A program made the position numbers and the translations under genes. Positions 32,857 to 43,870 of a stretch of 64,000 nucleotides of DNA are shown here, piece after piece. The DNA is from an uncultured delta proteobacterium. GTDB lineage: Bacteria; Myxococcota; Myxococcia; SLRQ01. Under the pieces are notes generated by a model. It saw nothing but the letters and a program-made list of their open reading frames with translations. It was not told the DNA's origin and did no database searches. Position 1 is the first letter of the stretch, and each line of letters starts with the position of its first letter. The stretch is from the NCBI GenBank assembly GCA_963727485.1, contig CAVSGM010000001.1:512001-576000 (forward strand), in the 5' to 3' direction.

Positions 32857-33257
32857 CCCGTCTCGAACGCCGCTGGGCCGTCACCGCCATGCAGGCCTTC
32901 GCCCCGCCCGGGGACGAGGGCCTCGTCCCCGAGCCCGGCGAGGTGGACTGGGGCGGCACCCTCGACGAGATGCTCGCCATCGGCACCCGCCTCTCGGCCT
33001 TCGGGGTGCGCCTCGCCGTGTGGCTGGCCACCTTCGCCCCCTGGTGGGTGCTGCGCCGGCCGCGGACGCTGGCCGGCCTCGACATCCAGACCCGCGCCCG
33101 GGTCCTCACCGGGCTCCTGGAGAGCCGCGTCTACCTGGTGCGCGAGCTGATGCTCCTCCTCAAGATCGTCGCCGCCACCGCCCTGCTCGGGGTGGCGACC
33201 GTCCGCGACCGCTCCCACTACGACCGCCTCCCGGCGGCCCTCGAGGCCACGTCATGA
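32853..33257 (+). CDS. Small hypothetical protein, possible accessory subunit of the GMC oxidoreductase
   Basis: ATGA overlaps at both ends; helical; GC3-rich codons. Confidence 0.7.
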   Translation: MTRLERRWAVTAMQAFAPPGDEGLVPEPGEVDWGGTLDEMLAIGTRLSAFGVRLAVWLATFAPWWVLRRPRTLAGLDIQTRARVLTGLLESRVYLVRELMLLLKIVAATALLGVATVRDRSHYDRLPAALEATS

Positions 33258-34765
33258 CCGAGCGCATCCTCACCGACGAAGCGGACTTCGTGGTCGTGGG
33301 CACCGGCGCCGGCGGCGCCACCGCCGCAAGGATCCTCGCCGGCGCCGGCCACGAGGTGGTCCTCCTCGAGGAGGGCCGCCGGCTCGCCATGGGCGAGCAG
33401 CCCCGGGAGCTCATCCACGCCATGCGCCACGCCTTCCGCGACGGGGGCACGGCGGTGGCGAGGGGCCCCACGCCCTTCCCCATCCTCCAGGGCCGGGTGG
33501 TCGGCGGCTCCACCGCCATCAACTCCGGGATCATCTGGCGGCTCCCCGAGCCGGTGCGCCAGGACTGGATCGCGCAGCGTGGCCTCGGCGACCTCCTCGA
33601 CGAGGCGGGCCTCGACGACGCCTTCTCGCGGATCGAGGCCGAGCTGAACATCGCCGACACCGCCGAGGACGTCATGGGCGGCAACGCCAAGGTCCTGCGC
33701 GACGGGGCCACCGCCCTGGGCTTTGCGGGCAAGGCCACCGCGCGCAACGCCCCGGGGTGCAAGGGCGCCGGCCGCTGCCTCCAGGGCTGCCCCAACCGCG
33801 CCAAGCAGAGCATGGACGTCAGCTACATCCCCCGGGCCCTGGCCGACGGGGCGCGGCTCCACCAGCTCGCCCGGGTCGACCGGGTGCGGATGGAGGGCGG
33901 CCGGGCCGTGGGCGTCGTCGGCGCCGTCCTCGACCCCGACACCCGCCGCCCGGTGGGCCGCCTCGAGGTCCGCGCCCGGCGCGGGGTCATCGTCGCCGCC
34001 GGGGCCATCCACACCCCGGCGATCCTCCGCCGCAGCGGCGTGAAGGGGCTCGCCGGCGAGCACTTCATGGCCCACCCGGGCACGGCGGTGGTCGCCCGCT
34101 TCCCCGGCTCCATCGGCATGGGCCACGGCGCCACCCAGGGCTACCAGGTGGTCTTCTTCGAGAAGCACCTCAAGATCGAGTCGCTCACCCTGCCTCCCGA
34201 GATGCTCGCCGCGCGGCTGCCCGGCGCGGGCGTCGCCTGGCAGCAGCGGCTCACCGACCTCGACCACTACGCCCAGTGGGCGGTGATGGTGCGCATGGAG
34301 GCCAAGGGCCGCATCCGCCCGCGCTTCGGCGGGGTCGACGTGGCCTACGCCCCGACGCCCCGCGACGCCGAGACCGCCCGCCAGGGGGTCGTCCTCGCGA
34401 CCCGGATGATGTTCGCCGCCGGGGCCGTCGAGGTCTACCCCTGGATTGGCCGGCGCCCGCCCATCCTCCGCTCCATGGACGAGGTGCGCCTCCTCGAGGA
34501 GGGCGAGGTGGCGCCCCGGGACTTCCACCTCCTGGGCACCCACCTCTTCGCCTCGGCCGGCGCCGGCGCCGACCCGAAGACCAGCGTGGTGGACCCGAAC
34601 CTCGAGGTCCACGGCACCCGGGGCCTCTTCGTCATGGACGCCAGCGCCCTGCCCACGAACATTGGCGTGAACCCCCAGCACTCGATCATGGGCGTGGTGT
34701 GGCGCGCCGCCGAGCGCCTCGCCAACCGCGAGGCCCCGGCCGCCCCCGCCAGCGCCGCCGCCTAG
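33254..34765 (+). CDS. GMC family FAD oxidoreductase (long-chain alcohol oxidase-like)
   Basis: VVVGTGAGG, VGGSTAINSG, CKGAGRCLQGC, AAGAIHTP, GVNPQ. Confidence 0.92.
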   Translation: MTERILTDEADFVVVGTGAGGATAARILAGAGHEVVLLEEGRRLAMGEQPRELIHAMRHAFRDGGTAVARGPTPFPILQGRVVGGSTAINSGIIWRLPEPVRQDWIAQRGLGDLLDEAGLDDAFSRIEAELNIADTAEDVMGGNAKVLRDGATALGFAGKATARNAPGCKGAGRCLQGCPNRAKQSMDVSYIPRALADGARLHQLARVDRVRMEGGRAVGVVGAVLDPDTRRPVGRLEVRARRGVIVAAGAIHTPAILRRSGVKGLAGEHFMAHPGTAVVARFPGSIGMGHGATQGYQVVFFEKHLKIESLTLPPEMLAARLPGAGVAWQQRLTDLDHYAQWAVMVRMEAKGRIRPRFGGVDVAYAPTPRDAETARQGVVLATRMMFAAGAVEVYPWIGRRPPILRSMDEVRLLEEGEVAPRDFHLLGTHLFASAGAGADPKTSVVDPNLEVHGTRGLFVMDASALPTNIGVNPQHSIMGVVWRAAERLANREAPAAPASAAA

Positions 34766-34774
34766 GAGCCCCCG

Positions 34775-35359
34775 ATGCACATCCACGACTTCTTCGCCGG
34801 CGACACCGTCGACGTCGCCGCCCTCGGCGCCTGGCTCGACGACCTCGAGCACCCGGTCCGGGTCGCCGAGACCACCTCCCTCTCGGCCCGCGAGCAGGCG
34901 CGCCTCTTCGACGCCGCCGCGGGGCACCGGCCCCTCACCCTCGACGACCTGGTGCCGGCCGCCGCCGGCGCGGGCACCACCGTGATCCACCACGGGCGCA
35001 ACTCGCTGCCCCTGTTCAAGCGCTTCCAGAAGCGCTTCTACCGGCCCCAGGGCGGCGCCGCCGAGCTCTGGGGCTACAACGAGGGGGCGACGAGGCCCTT
35101 GGTGGGGCCCGGGTACTTCGTCGTCCACCCGGTGGGCGAGGCCGAGGTCCTGGTGGACTACACGCGCCTGCCCCCAGAGGCCCCCGAGGCCTGGCCGGCG
35201 CTGAAGTCCAACGCCGCCGGGCTCTCGCGCTTCGTGTTCAACGGCACCCAGGACGTGCTCCGGGGGGTGAGCCGCCACGTGAGCATCGGCCGGGCGACCC
35301 GGGGCGGCGAGACCATGGACAACTGGTTCGTCCTCTGCCGGGAGGACCCGGCGGCGTAG
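34775..35359 (+). CDS. Hypothetical protein, last gene of the FadR-GMC operon
   Basis: AGGAG RBS; globular composition; conserved-looking GRNSLPLF..FQKRF, GPGYF. Confidence 0.75.
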   Translation: MHIHDFFAGDTVDVAALGAWLDDLEHPVRVAETTSLSAREQARLFDAAAGHRPLTLDDLVPAAAGAGTTVIHHGRNSLPLFKRFQKRFYRPQGGAAELWGYNEGATRPLVGPGYFVVHPVGEAEVLVDYTRLPPEAPEAWPALKSNAAGLSRFVFNGTQDVLRGVSRHVSIGRATRGGETMDNWFVLCREDPAA

Positions 35360-35432
35360 GCACGGCGGCGTCCTGATCTTGCGGCGGCGGTCACGGCACC
35401 CGAGGCCGGGCCCGTGGTATGCCGGAGGGACC

Positions 35433-36332
35433 ATGCGCCGTGCCGTCGCCGTCCCCGTTGCGCTCCTCCTCGTCCTCGCCTTCGCCGGCCCCGCCCGGGC
35501 CGACGGCTCCGGGGACCTCCCGCCCCCGCCGCCGCCGCCGAGCAGCCCGCCGCCGAGCAGCCCGCCGCCGAGCCAGGCGCCCGCGCCCTCCAGCGCCCCG
35601 CGCCAGGGGAGCTGGGGCGACGTGGGCTTCTTCCTCCAGAAGACCGCCGGCGGGACCTTCATCGCCCTCTCGCCGATCACCGGCACCCGCCTCCAGCTCG
35701 TGGGCCCGGTGTGGGCCGAGGGCCTCTGGGGCCTGACCCTGGCGCTGGGCATCGGGAGCAACGGCGCCCAGCAGGACATGGCCATCGGCAACCCCTACGT
35801 GGGCCTCGACTACGTGGCCCACACCCCCGGGATGACCCTGGTCGCCGGCGGCGGCCTGACCCTCCCGCTGGCCCAGGGGGGCCCGCCCATCACCTACGCG
35901 GTGAGCGAGGGGATGCGGGCGCGGTGGGATCCGTGGATCTGGGCGCAGCAGCGCATGGCCCTGGTGGCCAAGGCCCGGGTGCGTTTCCAGCGCCCCGGCG
36001 GGCTGACCTTCGCCGGGGAGGCGGGCCTCGGCTACCTCTTCTGGCTCGGTGCCGGGAGCGCCCCGGGCCTCGTCGACCTGCAGCTCGCCGGCGAGGTGGG
36101 CTACCGGCCCACGCCGCTGTTCTCCTTCGGCCTGCGGATGACCGCGGTCGCCGGCCAGCCGGTCGGCTCCAACGACCTCCTCCAGCTCGGGCTCGAGCCC
36201 TACCTGCGGATCCACGGCGGCGGGCAGATGTACGAGATCCGTCTTACGTTGCCCTTGGACGGACCCTACGGCTTCGGCTTCGCCCCCGGCGGGGTCTGGG
36301 GGATCGAGGTCGGCGGGGGCATCGCCTACTAG
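35433..36332 (+). CDS. Probable outer-membrane beta-barrel protein
   Basis: Signal peptide ARA-D; Pro-rich linker; alternating beta pattern; terminal Tyr. Confidence 0.65.
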   Translation: MRRAVAVPVALLLVLAFAGPARADGSGDLPPPPPPPSSPPPSSPPPSQAPAPSSAPRQGSWGDVGFFLQKTAGGTFIALSPITGTRLQLVGPVWAEGLWGLTLALGIGSNGAQQDMAIGNPYVGLDYVAHTPGMTLVAGGGLTLPLAQGGPPITYAVSEGMRARWDPWIWAQQRMALVAKARVRFQRPGGLTFAGEAGLGYLFWLGAGSAPGLVDLQLAGEVGYRPTPLFSFGLRMTAVAGQPVGSNDLLQLGLEPYLRIHGGGQMYEIRLTLPLDGPYGFGFAPGGVWGIEVGGGIAY

Positions 36333-36384
36333 GGCGGCTCACCGGGGTGTCGAGGGCGCGGGGTCCGGGTGTCAGAGGCCGCGG

Positions 36385-36410
36385 CGAAATGCGTCGCCGC
36401 TGCCCGCGTA
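36385..36410 (+). promoter_or_regulatory. Putative ECF-sigma promoter of the PspC-domain gene
   Basis: CGAAAT-N16-CGTA. Confidence 0.5.
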
Positions 36411-36439
36411 CCTCTCCTCGAACCGAAGGAGGACACCCC

Positions 36440-36700
36440 ATGACCCGCTTCTATCGCTCCCGCACCGACCGCAAGATCGCCGGCGTCTGCGGCGGCCTCG
36501 GCGAGATGCTCGACGTCGACCCGAACCTCATCCGCATCGCCTTCGTGCTCCTGGCGCTCGTCACCGGCGTCATCCCCATGGTCGTGGCCTACGTGGTCGC
36601 GTGGCTCCTGGTGCCCTACGAGGGCGCCGCCGACGCCACCCTCCGCCACCCGGACCAGCCGCGGCCCGACGACGGGCACCGGCGCTCCTCGGCGGCGTGA
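36440..36700 (+). CDS. PspC domain protein
   Basis: RFYRSRTDRKIAGVCGGLGE..DVDP.LIR; YVVAWLLVP; AAGGAGG RBS. Confidence 0.92.
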   Translation: MTRFYRSRTDRKIAGVCGGLGEMLDVDPNLIRIAFVLLALVTGVIPMVVAYVVAWLLVPYEGAADATLRHPDQPRPDDGHRRSSAA

Positions 36701-36765
36701 TCCCCGGCGGATCCCCGGCGGGATCTTCCCTTCCCGCCGGGCGGGGCCGTGCTAGAACCGGCCCC

Positions 36766-37907
<1,142 letters not shown>

Positions 37908-37911
<4 letters not shown>

Positions 37912-38774
37912 TCGTCGCCGAGGCCCGCGGGCTCCAGGTAGCGCAGCGTCGCCACCAGGTCGTCCGGAGGCCGCCGCAGCCGCCGGCGCTTGAGATCCAT
38001 CCACCCGCCGTCGAGGTCGATGATCGCCGCGGTCTCGCCGTCGCGGCGTCGGATCTCGTGGCGCACCGCCCAGCGGAAGCCCCGGCCGCGCATGCGGGTC
38101 ACCTGGAAGCCCACGGTGATCCGCTCGCCCATGCCCACCTCGCGCAGGTACTCGGTGGTCTCCCGGAGCACGATGGGGCCGAACTCGAGCTCGGCGAAGC
38201 GCTCGGGTGAGAAGCCGTGCTCGGCGAGGTAGGCGAAGCGGGTCTGGGCGCCGTAGTCCGAGTACACCGAGGCGCGCAGGTGGCGGTTGGGGTCGAGGTC
38301 GGACCAGCGGACCTCGTAGGTGCGCTCGTAGGTGCCCCGGGGGACGTCGTCGTCGTGGCCGGGCCGGGCGAAGAGGCGCGTGGGCTCGGCGAAGGCCTTG
38401 AGCTCCACCGCGTTCCCGCCCGGGTCCCGGACGAAGAAGGTCCGCTGCTCGCCCACCTCGCCCGCGAAGCGCGTGGTGGGCGCGATGAGGAACGGGACGC
38501 CGGCCTTCTCCACCCGGCGCACCATCCGCTCCCAGGTGTGCACCGAGACCACCAGCCCGAAGTGGCGCACCGGGACGTCCTCGCCGTCCACCGGGTTGGT
38601 GGCGGCGCCGGGCTCCGGGGCGTCGACCAGGTGGGCGGTGATCTGGTGGCCCCCGAGGTCGAAGTCGATCCAGCGAGTGTCCTCGCGGCCGGTGCCGCAG
38701 CCGAGGACGTCGACGTAGAAGCGGCGGGTGGCCTCGAGGTCGGTGACCGGGAAGGCGAGGTGGAACGGGTCCAT
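37908..38774 (-). CDS. VOC/glyoxalase domain fused to 4HBT-like acyl-CoA thioesterase
   Basis: [25 protein letters not shown]; then [15 protein letters not shown]. Confidence 0.85.
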
Positions 38775-38833
38775 GGGGCGCAGGGTAGCCGGGGCCCGGA
38801 GACGTGGCTAGGACCCCATCAAGGAGGTTCACC

Positions 38834-39901
38834 ATGCGCCGCATTGCCAAGCTCGCTGGCGCCCTGGGGATCCTCGGGGGGGCGCTGCTGCTCACCGGGG
38901 CCGGGGGCAACACCAAGACCGCCAAGGTCGTCCTCACGCCCGAGGACCTGGCGGCGTTCAAGCCGCTGCCGAAGGTCATGTCGGACAAGCTGCATCCGAC
39001 CACCAAGGCCGAGATCGACCTGGGCCGGATGCTCTACTACGACCCGCGCCTCTCGGGCGGCCACGACCTGTCGTGCAACTCCTGCCACGACCTCAAGCGC
39101 TTCGGCGTCGACCCTCGGGGCGGCGCGGTGTCGCTGGGGCACAAGGACAAGAAGGGCGGCCGCAACGCCCCCACCGTCTACAACGCCGCCGGCCACTTCT
39201 CCCAGTTCTGGGACGGCCGGGCCAAGGACGTCGAGGAGCAGGCCACCGGGCCCATGCTCAACCCGGTGGAGATGGCCATGCCCGGCCCCGAGCGGGTGGT
39301 GAAGACGGTCAAGTCCATCCCCGGGTACGTGAAGGCCTTCAAGGCCGCCTACCCCAAGGAGAAGGATCCCATCACCTTCAAGAACGTGGGCAACGCCATC
39401 GGCGCCTTCGAGCGCGGGCTCACCACACCATCGCGCTTCGACGCCTTCCTCGAGGGGAAGACCGGCGCCCTCTCCGCGCAGGAGAAGCGGGGCCTCAAGA
39501 CCTTCGTCGACCTCGGGTGCACCGCCTGCCACAACGGGCCCTACGTCGGCGGCGGCAGCTTCCAGGTGCTGGGGGTGGTCCACCCGTTCCCCGACCAGAA
39601 GGACCTGGGGCGCGAGGAGGTCACCAAGAACCCCGACGACAAGATGATGTTCAAGGTCCCCAGCCTGCGCAACGTCACCATGACCGGGCCCTACTTCCAC
39701 AGCGGGCACTACACCAAGCTGCCCGAGGTGGTGCGGACCATGGCGAAGTACCAGCTGGGGGTCGAGAAGCTCACCGACCAGCAGGTGCAGGACATCATCG
39801 CCTTCCTCGGCAGCCTCAAGGGGACGATCCCCAAGGCCTACATCGCCGAGCCGAAGCTCCCAAAGAACGGGCCGAACACGCCCAAGCCCCTGACCGACTA
39901 G
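38834..39901 (+). CDS. Di-haem cytochrome c peroxidase
   Basis: CNSCH and CTACH; RNAPTV.NA, QFWDGRA, NPVEM, FKVPSLRNV, PYFH.G. Confidence 0.93.
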   Translation: MRRIAKLAGALGILGGALLLTGAGGNTKTAKVVLTPEDLAAFKPLPKVMSDKLHPTTKAEIDLGRMLYYDPRLSGGHDLSCNSCHDLKRFGVDPRGGAVSLGHKDKKGGRNAPTVYNAAGHFSQFWDGRAKDVEEQATGPMLNPVEMAMPGPERVVKTVKSIPGYVKAFKAAYPKEKDPITFKNVGNAIGAFERGLTTPSRFDAFLEGKTGALSAQEKRGLKTFVDLGCTACHNGPYVGGGSFQVLGVVHPFPDQKDLGREEVTKNPDDKMMFKVPSLRNVTMTGPYFHSGHYTKLPEVVRTMAKYQLGVEKLTDQQVQDIIAFLGSLKGTIPKAYIAEPKLPKNGPNTPKPLTD

Positions 39902-40467
39902 GTCCGGCGGTCGGCCGGGAGGAGCAGGTCCTCGAGGAAGAACGCCGAGAGCTCCGCCCGGCCGGCGAGCCCCGCCTTGCGGTAGACGGTGCGCGCCTGG
40001 TCCCGGACGGTGCGCTCGGAGACCCCGCGCACCTGGGCGACCTCCTTGAGGGCCATGCCCTTGAGCAGGAGCAGGGCCACCTCGGCCTCCGCCGGGGTGA
40101 GCCCCCACCGGTCGAACTGGCGGTCGATGGCCACCGAGAGGCCCTCGAGGACGCCCCGGGTCTCGGCGCGCCAGCGCTCGGCGTCGGCCTGCGCGGCGGC
40201 GAGGTCCCGGGCGAGGGCCCCGGCGTGGCGGAAGCCCCGGGCCGCCTCGCCCCAGAGCCAGGCCACGCCCCCCAGGGCCAGGACCACCCCGGCGATCTCC
40301 GCCGAGAGGTGGACCAGGTGGCCGGGCCGGTAGCCGTCGGCGACCACGTCGATGGTGAGCATCACCGCCAGGGCGAAGAAGAGCAGGCCCGCCAGCGCCG
40401 GGCGCCAGGGGAGCCCGTCATCCGACGGAGGGACGTCGTCCAAGGGTTTGGAATCGCTGGGGGTCAT
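39898..40467 (-). CDS. Membrane-anchored LuxR-type HTH regulator
   Basis: Two TMs; WGLTPAEAEVALLLLKG..KEVA..R..SERTVR. Confidence 0.88.
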   Translation of the reverse strand: MTPSDSKPLDDVPPSDDGLPWRPALAGLLFFALAVMLTIDVVADGYRPGHLVHLSAEIAGVVLALGGVAWLWGEAARGFRHAGALARDLAAAQADAERWRAETRGVLEGLSVAIDRQFDRWGLTPAEAEVALLLLKGMALKEVAQVRGVSERTVRDQARTVYRKAGLAGRAELSAFFLEDLLLPADRRT

Positions 40468-40568
40468 CGGGGATCCGTCGGATGGCGCCTGGACGATCCG
40501 GCCCCGGTGCGCATCGTGGGAGCATTCGCCGCCGGTCCGGTGCCGGCCTCACGCAAGGATAACCCGCC

Positions 40569-41117
40569 ATGAACGGTCTGCCCCTCCACCCCGCCATCGT
40601 CCACGTCCCCCTCGGCCTCTCGGTGGTCCTGCCGCTGCTGGCCATCGCCTTCGCCTGGGCCCTGTGGCGCGGCCGCATCGGTCGCGGCGTCTGGGCCACC
40701 CTCGTCGGTCTCCAGGCGGTCATCGTCGTCGCCGGCCTCGTAGCCCTCCGCTCCGGCCACGAGGCCGCCCACCAGGTCCGCGGGCAGGTGCCCCGGGCCG
40801 CGATCCACACCCACGAGGAGCGCGCCGAGGCCTTCGAGTGGCTCGCCGGCGCCACCCTGGTGCTGGCCGTCGGGGTCCTGGTGGTCCCCGGCCGGGCCCG
40901 CAACGTCCTGGGCGCGCTGACCGCCGCCGCCACCGTCGCCGTCGCCGGGGCCGGGGTCTTCGTGGGCGAGGCCGGCGGGCGCCTGGTGTACCAGTACGAC
41001 GCCCCCAAGGCCTACGTGACCCCCGGCAGCGCCCCCGCCCCGGCCCACGGCGACGACGAGGACGCGGCGACCCGCCCGCCTCCGGGCACGCCGAAGGGGC
41101 TCGCCACCCACCGGTAG
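40569..41117 (+). CDS. DUF2231-like membrane protein
   Basis: LHPAIVHVP, HEE.A, G..GG.LVY. Confidence 0.7.
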   Translation: MNGLPLHPAIVHVPLGLSVVLPLLAIAFAWALWRGRIGRGVWATLVGLQAVIVVAGLVALRSGHEAAHQVRGQVPRAAIHTHEERAEAFEWLAGATLVLAVGVLVVPGRARNVLGALTAAATVAVAGAGVFVGEAGGRLVYQYDAPKAYVTPGSAPAPAHGDDEDAATRPPPGTPKGLATHR

Positions 41118-41136
41118 GCGCCGGGTGCGGGCGGGG

Positions 41137-41760
41137 TCACGGCCTGGCCCGCACCGTGGCGTCGAGGGCGGCGTCCAGCGTCGCCGCCGGGGGCCGGCGC
41201 TTGTAGGTCTCCGAGAGGTGGCGCCAGACGATCCGGCCCGACGGCGCGAGGACGTACACCGCGGGCCAGGCGGTCTCGTTGCCCGGGTCCTGCACCCCGT
41301 AGGCGTCGATGATCTTCAGGCCCGGATCCGAGAGCAGGGGGAAGGTGAGCCCCAGGCGCGCGGCGAGCTTGCGGCTGCGCCAGGGCGGGTCCACCGAGAT
41401 GGCGACCAGGCTGACGGGGCCGCGGGTGAGCGATTCGAGGTGACGTTGCAGCTGCCCGAGCTGCCGGCGGCAGAAGGGTCACCAGAAGCCGCGGTAGAAC
41501 ACCAGCACCACCGGGCCCCGGGCGAGGTGCGCCGCCAGGGACCACCGGACGCCCCGGGCGTCGGGGAGGGTGAAGCGCGGGGCCCGGGCGCCCACCGTCA
41601 GGGCCCGCCCGTGGATCCCCGGCGGCGGGGCGAGGCGCCGCGCCTGCGGGGGCGGGTGGAAGGGCGCCCGCTGGGGAGCCGCGGTGGCACAGGCGGCGAG
41701 GAGGGCCGCGGTGGCGGCGAGGGGCGTGAGCCGGGGCATCGGGTGGGCCTTCGTCGGCAC
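41137..41760 (-). CDS. AhpC/TSA (peroxiredoxin-like) lipoprotein with selenocysteine UxxC site
   Basis: VG.RAP.FTLPD, VVLVFYRGFW-TGA-PFCRRQL, AISVD, FPLLSDP in one frame across UGA 41479-41481; lipobox LAAC; start GTG 41760 or ATG 41739. Confidence 0.88.
41439..41483 (-). promoter_or_regulatory. Candidate bacterial SECIS hairpin
   Basis: GGUGAC...GCAGCU-CGGGC-AGCUGC...GUCACC; apical loop begins 20 nt after UGA. Confidence 0.65.
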
Positions 41761-41841
41761 GGCGCCCATGGTAACCGGCGGGCGGGGAGGGCGCCCCGGG
41801 GCCCCTGGCGACGCCTGCGCCCCCGGCGTACGCTCCCGCCG

Positions 41842-43785
41842 GTGACCCGGGCCGCCGACGCACTCGACCGCTACCGCCGCCTCCTCGACACCGAGCGGGA
41901 GGCGGAGCTCGCCGAGCACCGGGCGCTCGTCGCCGACCGGGGCCTCGACGCCTTCGTCGACGCCGGCCGGGCCCTCACCGGCCTCTCGTCCCGGGACGAG
42001 GGCGGGGGCCTCGGGGGGCGCTTCCTGGTGACCTACGGGCCCAAGGCGCCGGCGACCCGTCTCGCCGAGAGCCGCCTGCGGGTGGGCGACGTGGTGCGGG
42101 TGGTCGCCGCCGGCAGGGATGGCGGCGACGGGCCCACGGGCCTGGTGTCCGGGCGCTCCCGGGAGACGATCACCGTGGCCTTCGAGCACCCCCCCGAGGG
42201 GGCCACCGGCCACGGCCTCGCCCTGGTGCAGGCCCCCGACGACGTGACCTGGCGCCGGCAGCAGGACCACCTCCGGGCCCTGGGCCGCGCCCGCCTCGGC
42301 CGCCTCGCCGAGCTGCGCGATCTCCTCCTCGACGACGACGCCCCGGCGCCGGCCTTCAATCCCGAGGCCGAGCTCGAGGCCCTCGACGCCGGCCTCAATC
42401 CCACCCAGCGCCGCGCGGTCACCCGGGCCCTCGCCGCCCAGGACGTGGCGCTGGTCCACGGGCCCCCGGGGACCGGCAAGACCACCACCCTGGTGGAGCT
42501 GGTGCGCCAGGCGCGGCGCCGGGGCGAGCGGGTGCTGGTCACCGCGGCGAGCAACACCGCGGTGGACAACCTGGTCGAGCGCCTCCTGGCAGCAGGCGAG
42601 CCGGTGCTGCGGGTGGGGCACCCAGCCAGGGTCGATCCGGCCCTCCACGACGCCACCCTCGACTTCCGGGTCCGGGCCGAGGAGGGCTTCCGCCTCTCGC
42701 GAAAGCTCCTCGACCAGGCCCGCGCCCTGATGACCGAGCGGGCGAAGGTGGGGCAGAAGGTCGCCCGGGGCCGCCTGCCGCTCGGCGAGGCCCGGGGCCT
42801 CAAGCGCCAGCTCTCCCAGGAGATCGGGGCGCTGATGGACGACGTGCGCCGGATGGAGCGCCAGGCGGTGGGCCGGGTGCTGGCCCGGGCCGACATCGTC
42901 TGCGCCACCCTCACCGGGGCCGCCGGGGGCGAGGTGAGCCGCGAGGTCTTCGACCTGGCGGTGGTCGACGAGGCGACCCAGGCGACGGTGCCGGCGACGC
43001 TCCTCGCCCTCGGGCGCCTCGGGGAGCTCGGGCGCCTCATCCTCGCCGGGGACCACTGCCAGCTCGGGCCCACGGTCAAGAGCCGGTCGGCGGCGGAGGG
43101 CGGCCTCGGTGAGAGCCTCTTCGAGGCCCTGGTGCGCCGCCACGGCGACGGGGTGCGCACCCGCCTCGACGTCCAGTACCGGATGCACCGGGACATCATG
43201 GGCTTCGCCTCGGAGCGGTTCTACCAGGGGGGCCTCGAGGCCCACGCCTCGGTGGCGGCGCACCTGCTCCCGGACCTCCCGGGGGTCGAGGGCGAGGACC
43301 TGGGGGCGCCGCTGGTGTTCATCGACACCGCCGGGCGGGGCTTCGAGGAGGTGCGCCCCGACGGCTCGGAGAGCTGCGCCAACCCCGGGGAGGCCGAGCT
43401 GGCGGCGACCCGGGTCCGGGCCTTGCTCGGCGCCGGTCTGCGCCCGGAGGACGTGGCGGTGATCACCCCCTACGCCGCCCAGGTCCGCGTCCTCCGGGGG
43501 CAGCTCGAGGACCTGGAGGGCCTGGAGATCGACACCGTCGACGGCTTCCAGGGGCGGGAGAAGGAGGCGGTGGTCGTCTCGCTGGTGCGCTCCAACGCCG
43601 AGGGCGAGGTGGGGTTCCTGGGGGAGATCCGCCGGATGAACGTGGCCTGGACCCGGGCCCGCCGGCGCCTGGAGGTGGTCGGCGACTCGGCGACCCTGGC
43701 GGGCCACCCCTTCTACCGGGCGATGGTGGACTACGTGGAGCAGCGGGGGCGGTACCTCTCCGCCTGGGAGCTGCTCCCCGGGTGA
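41842..43785 (+). CDS. SF1 Upf1-like (IGHMBP2/Hcs1-type) helicase
   Basis: LNPTQ, HGPPGTGKT, SNTAVDNL, DEATQ, GDHCQL, QYRM, DGFQGREKE, RRMNVA.TRAR. Confidence 0.93.
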   Translation: MTRAADALDRYRRLLDTEREAELAEHRALVADRGLDAFVDAGRALTGLSSRDEGGGLGGRFLVTYGPKAPATRLAESRLRVGDVVRVVAAGRDGGDGPTGLVSGRSRETITVAFEHPPEGATGHGLALVQAPDDVTWRRQQDHLRALGRARLGRLAELRDLLLDDDAPAPAFNPEAELEALDAGLNPTQRRAVTRALAAQDVALVHGPPGTGKTTTLVELVRQARRRGERVLVTAASNTAVDNLVERLLAAGEPVLRVGHPARVDPALHDATLDFRVRAEEGFRLSRKLLDQARALMTERAKVGQKVARGRLPLGEARGLKRQLSQEIGALMDDVRRMERQAVGRVLARADIVCATLTGAAGGEVSREVFDLAVVDEATQATVPATLLALGRLGELGRLILAGDHCQLGPTVKSRSAAEGGLGESLFEALVRRHGDGVRTRLDVQYRMHRDIMGFASERFYQGGLEAHASVAAHLLPDLPGVEGEDLGAPLVFIDTAGRGFEEVRPDGSESCANPGEAELAATRVRALLGAGLRPEDVAVITPYAAQVRVLRGQLEDLEGLEIDTVDGFQGREKEAVVVSLVRSNAEGEVGFLGEIRRMNVAWTRARRRLEVVGDSATLAGHPFYRAMVDYVEQRGRYLSAWELLPG

Positions 43786-43819
43786 GGTGCCCGCGGGCGG
43801 CGGGCGCGGAGCGGGAGGC

Positions 43820-43845
43820 GTGAATAGGCCTGGAGACAGTGCGTC
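43820..43845 (+). promoter_or_regulatory. Putative ECF-sigma promoter
   Basis: GTGAAT-N16-CGTC upstream of AGGAGG RBS. Confidence 0.4.
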
Positions 43846-43870
43846 AATCCCGGGCACAGGAGGCACACTC

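Noticed and set aside
41842..43785. SF1 helicase as an anti-phage defence system
   Set aside because: No nuclease domain or defence partners; host-like composition.
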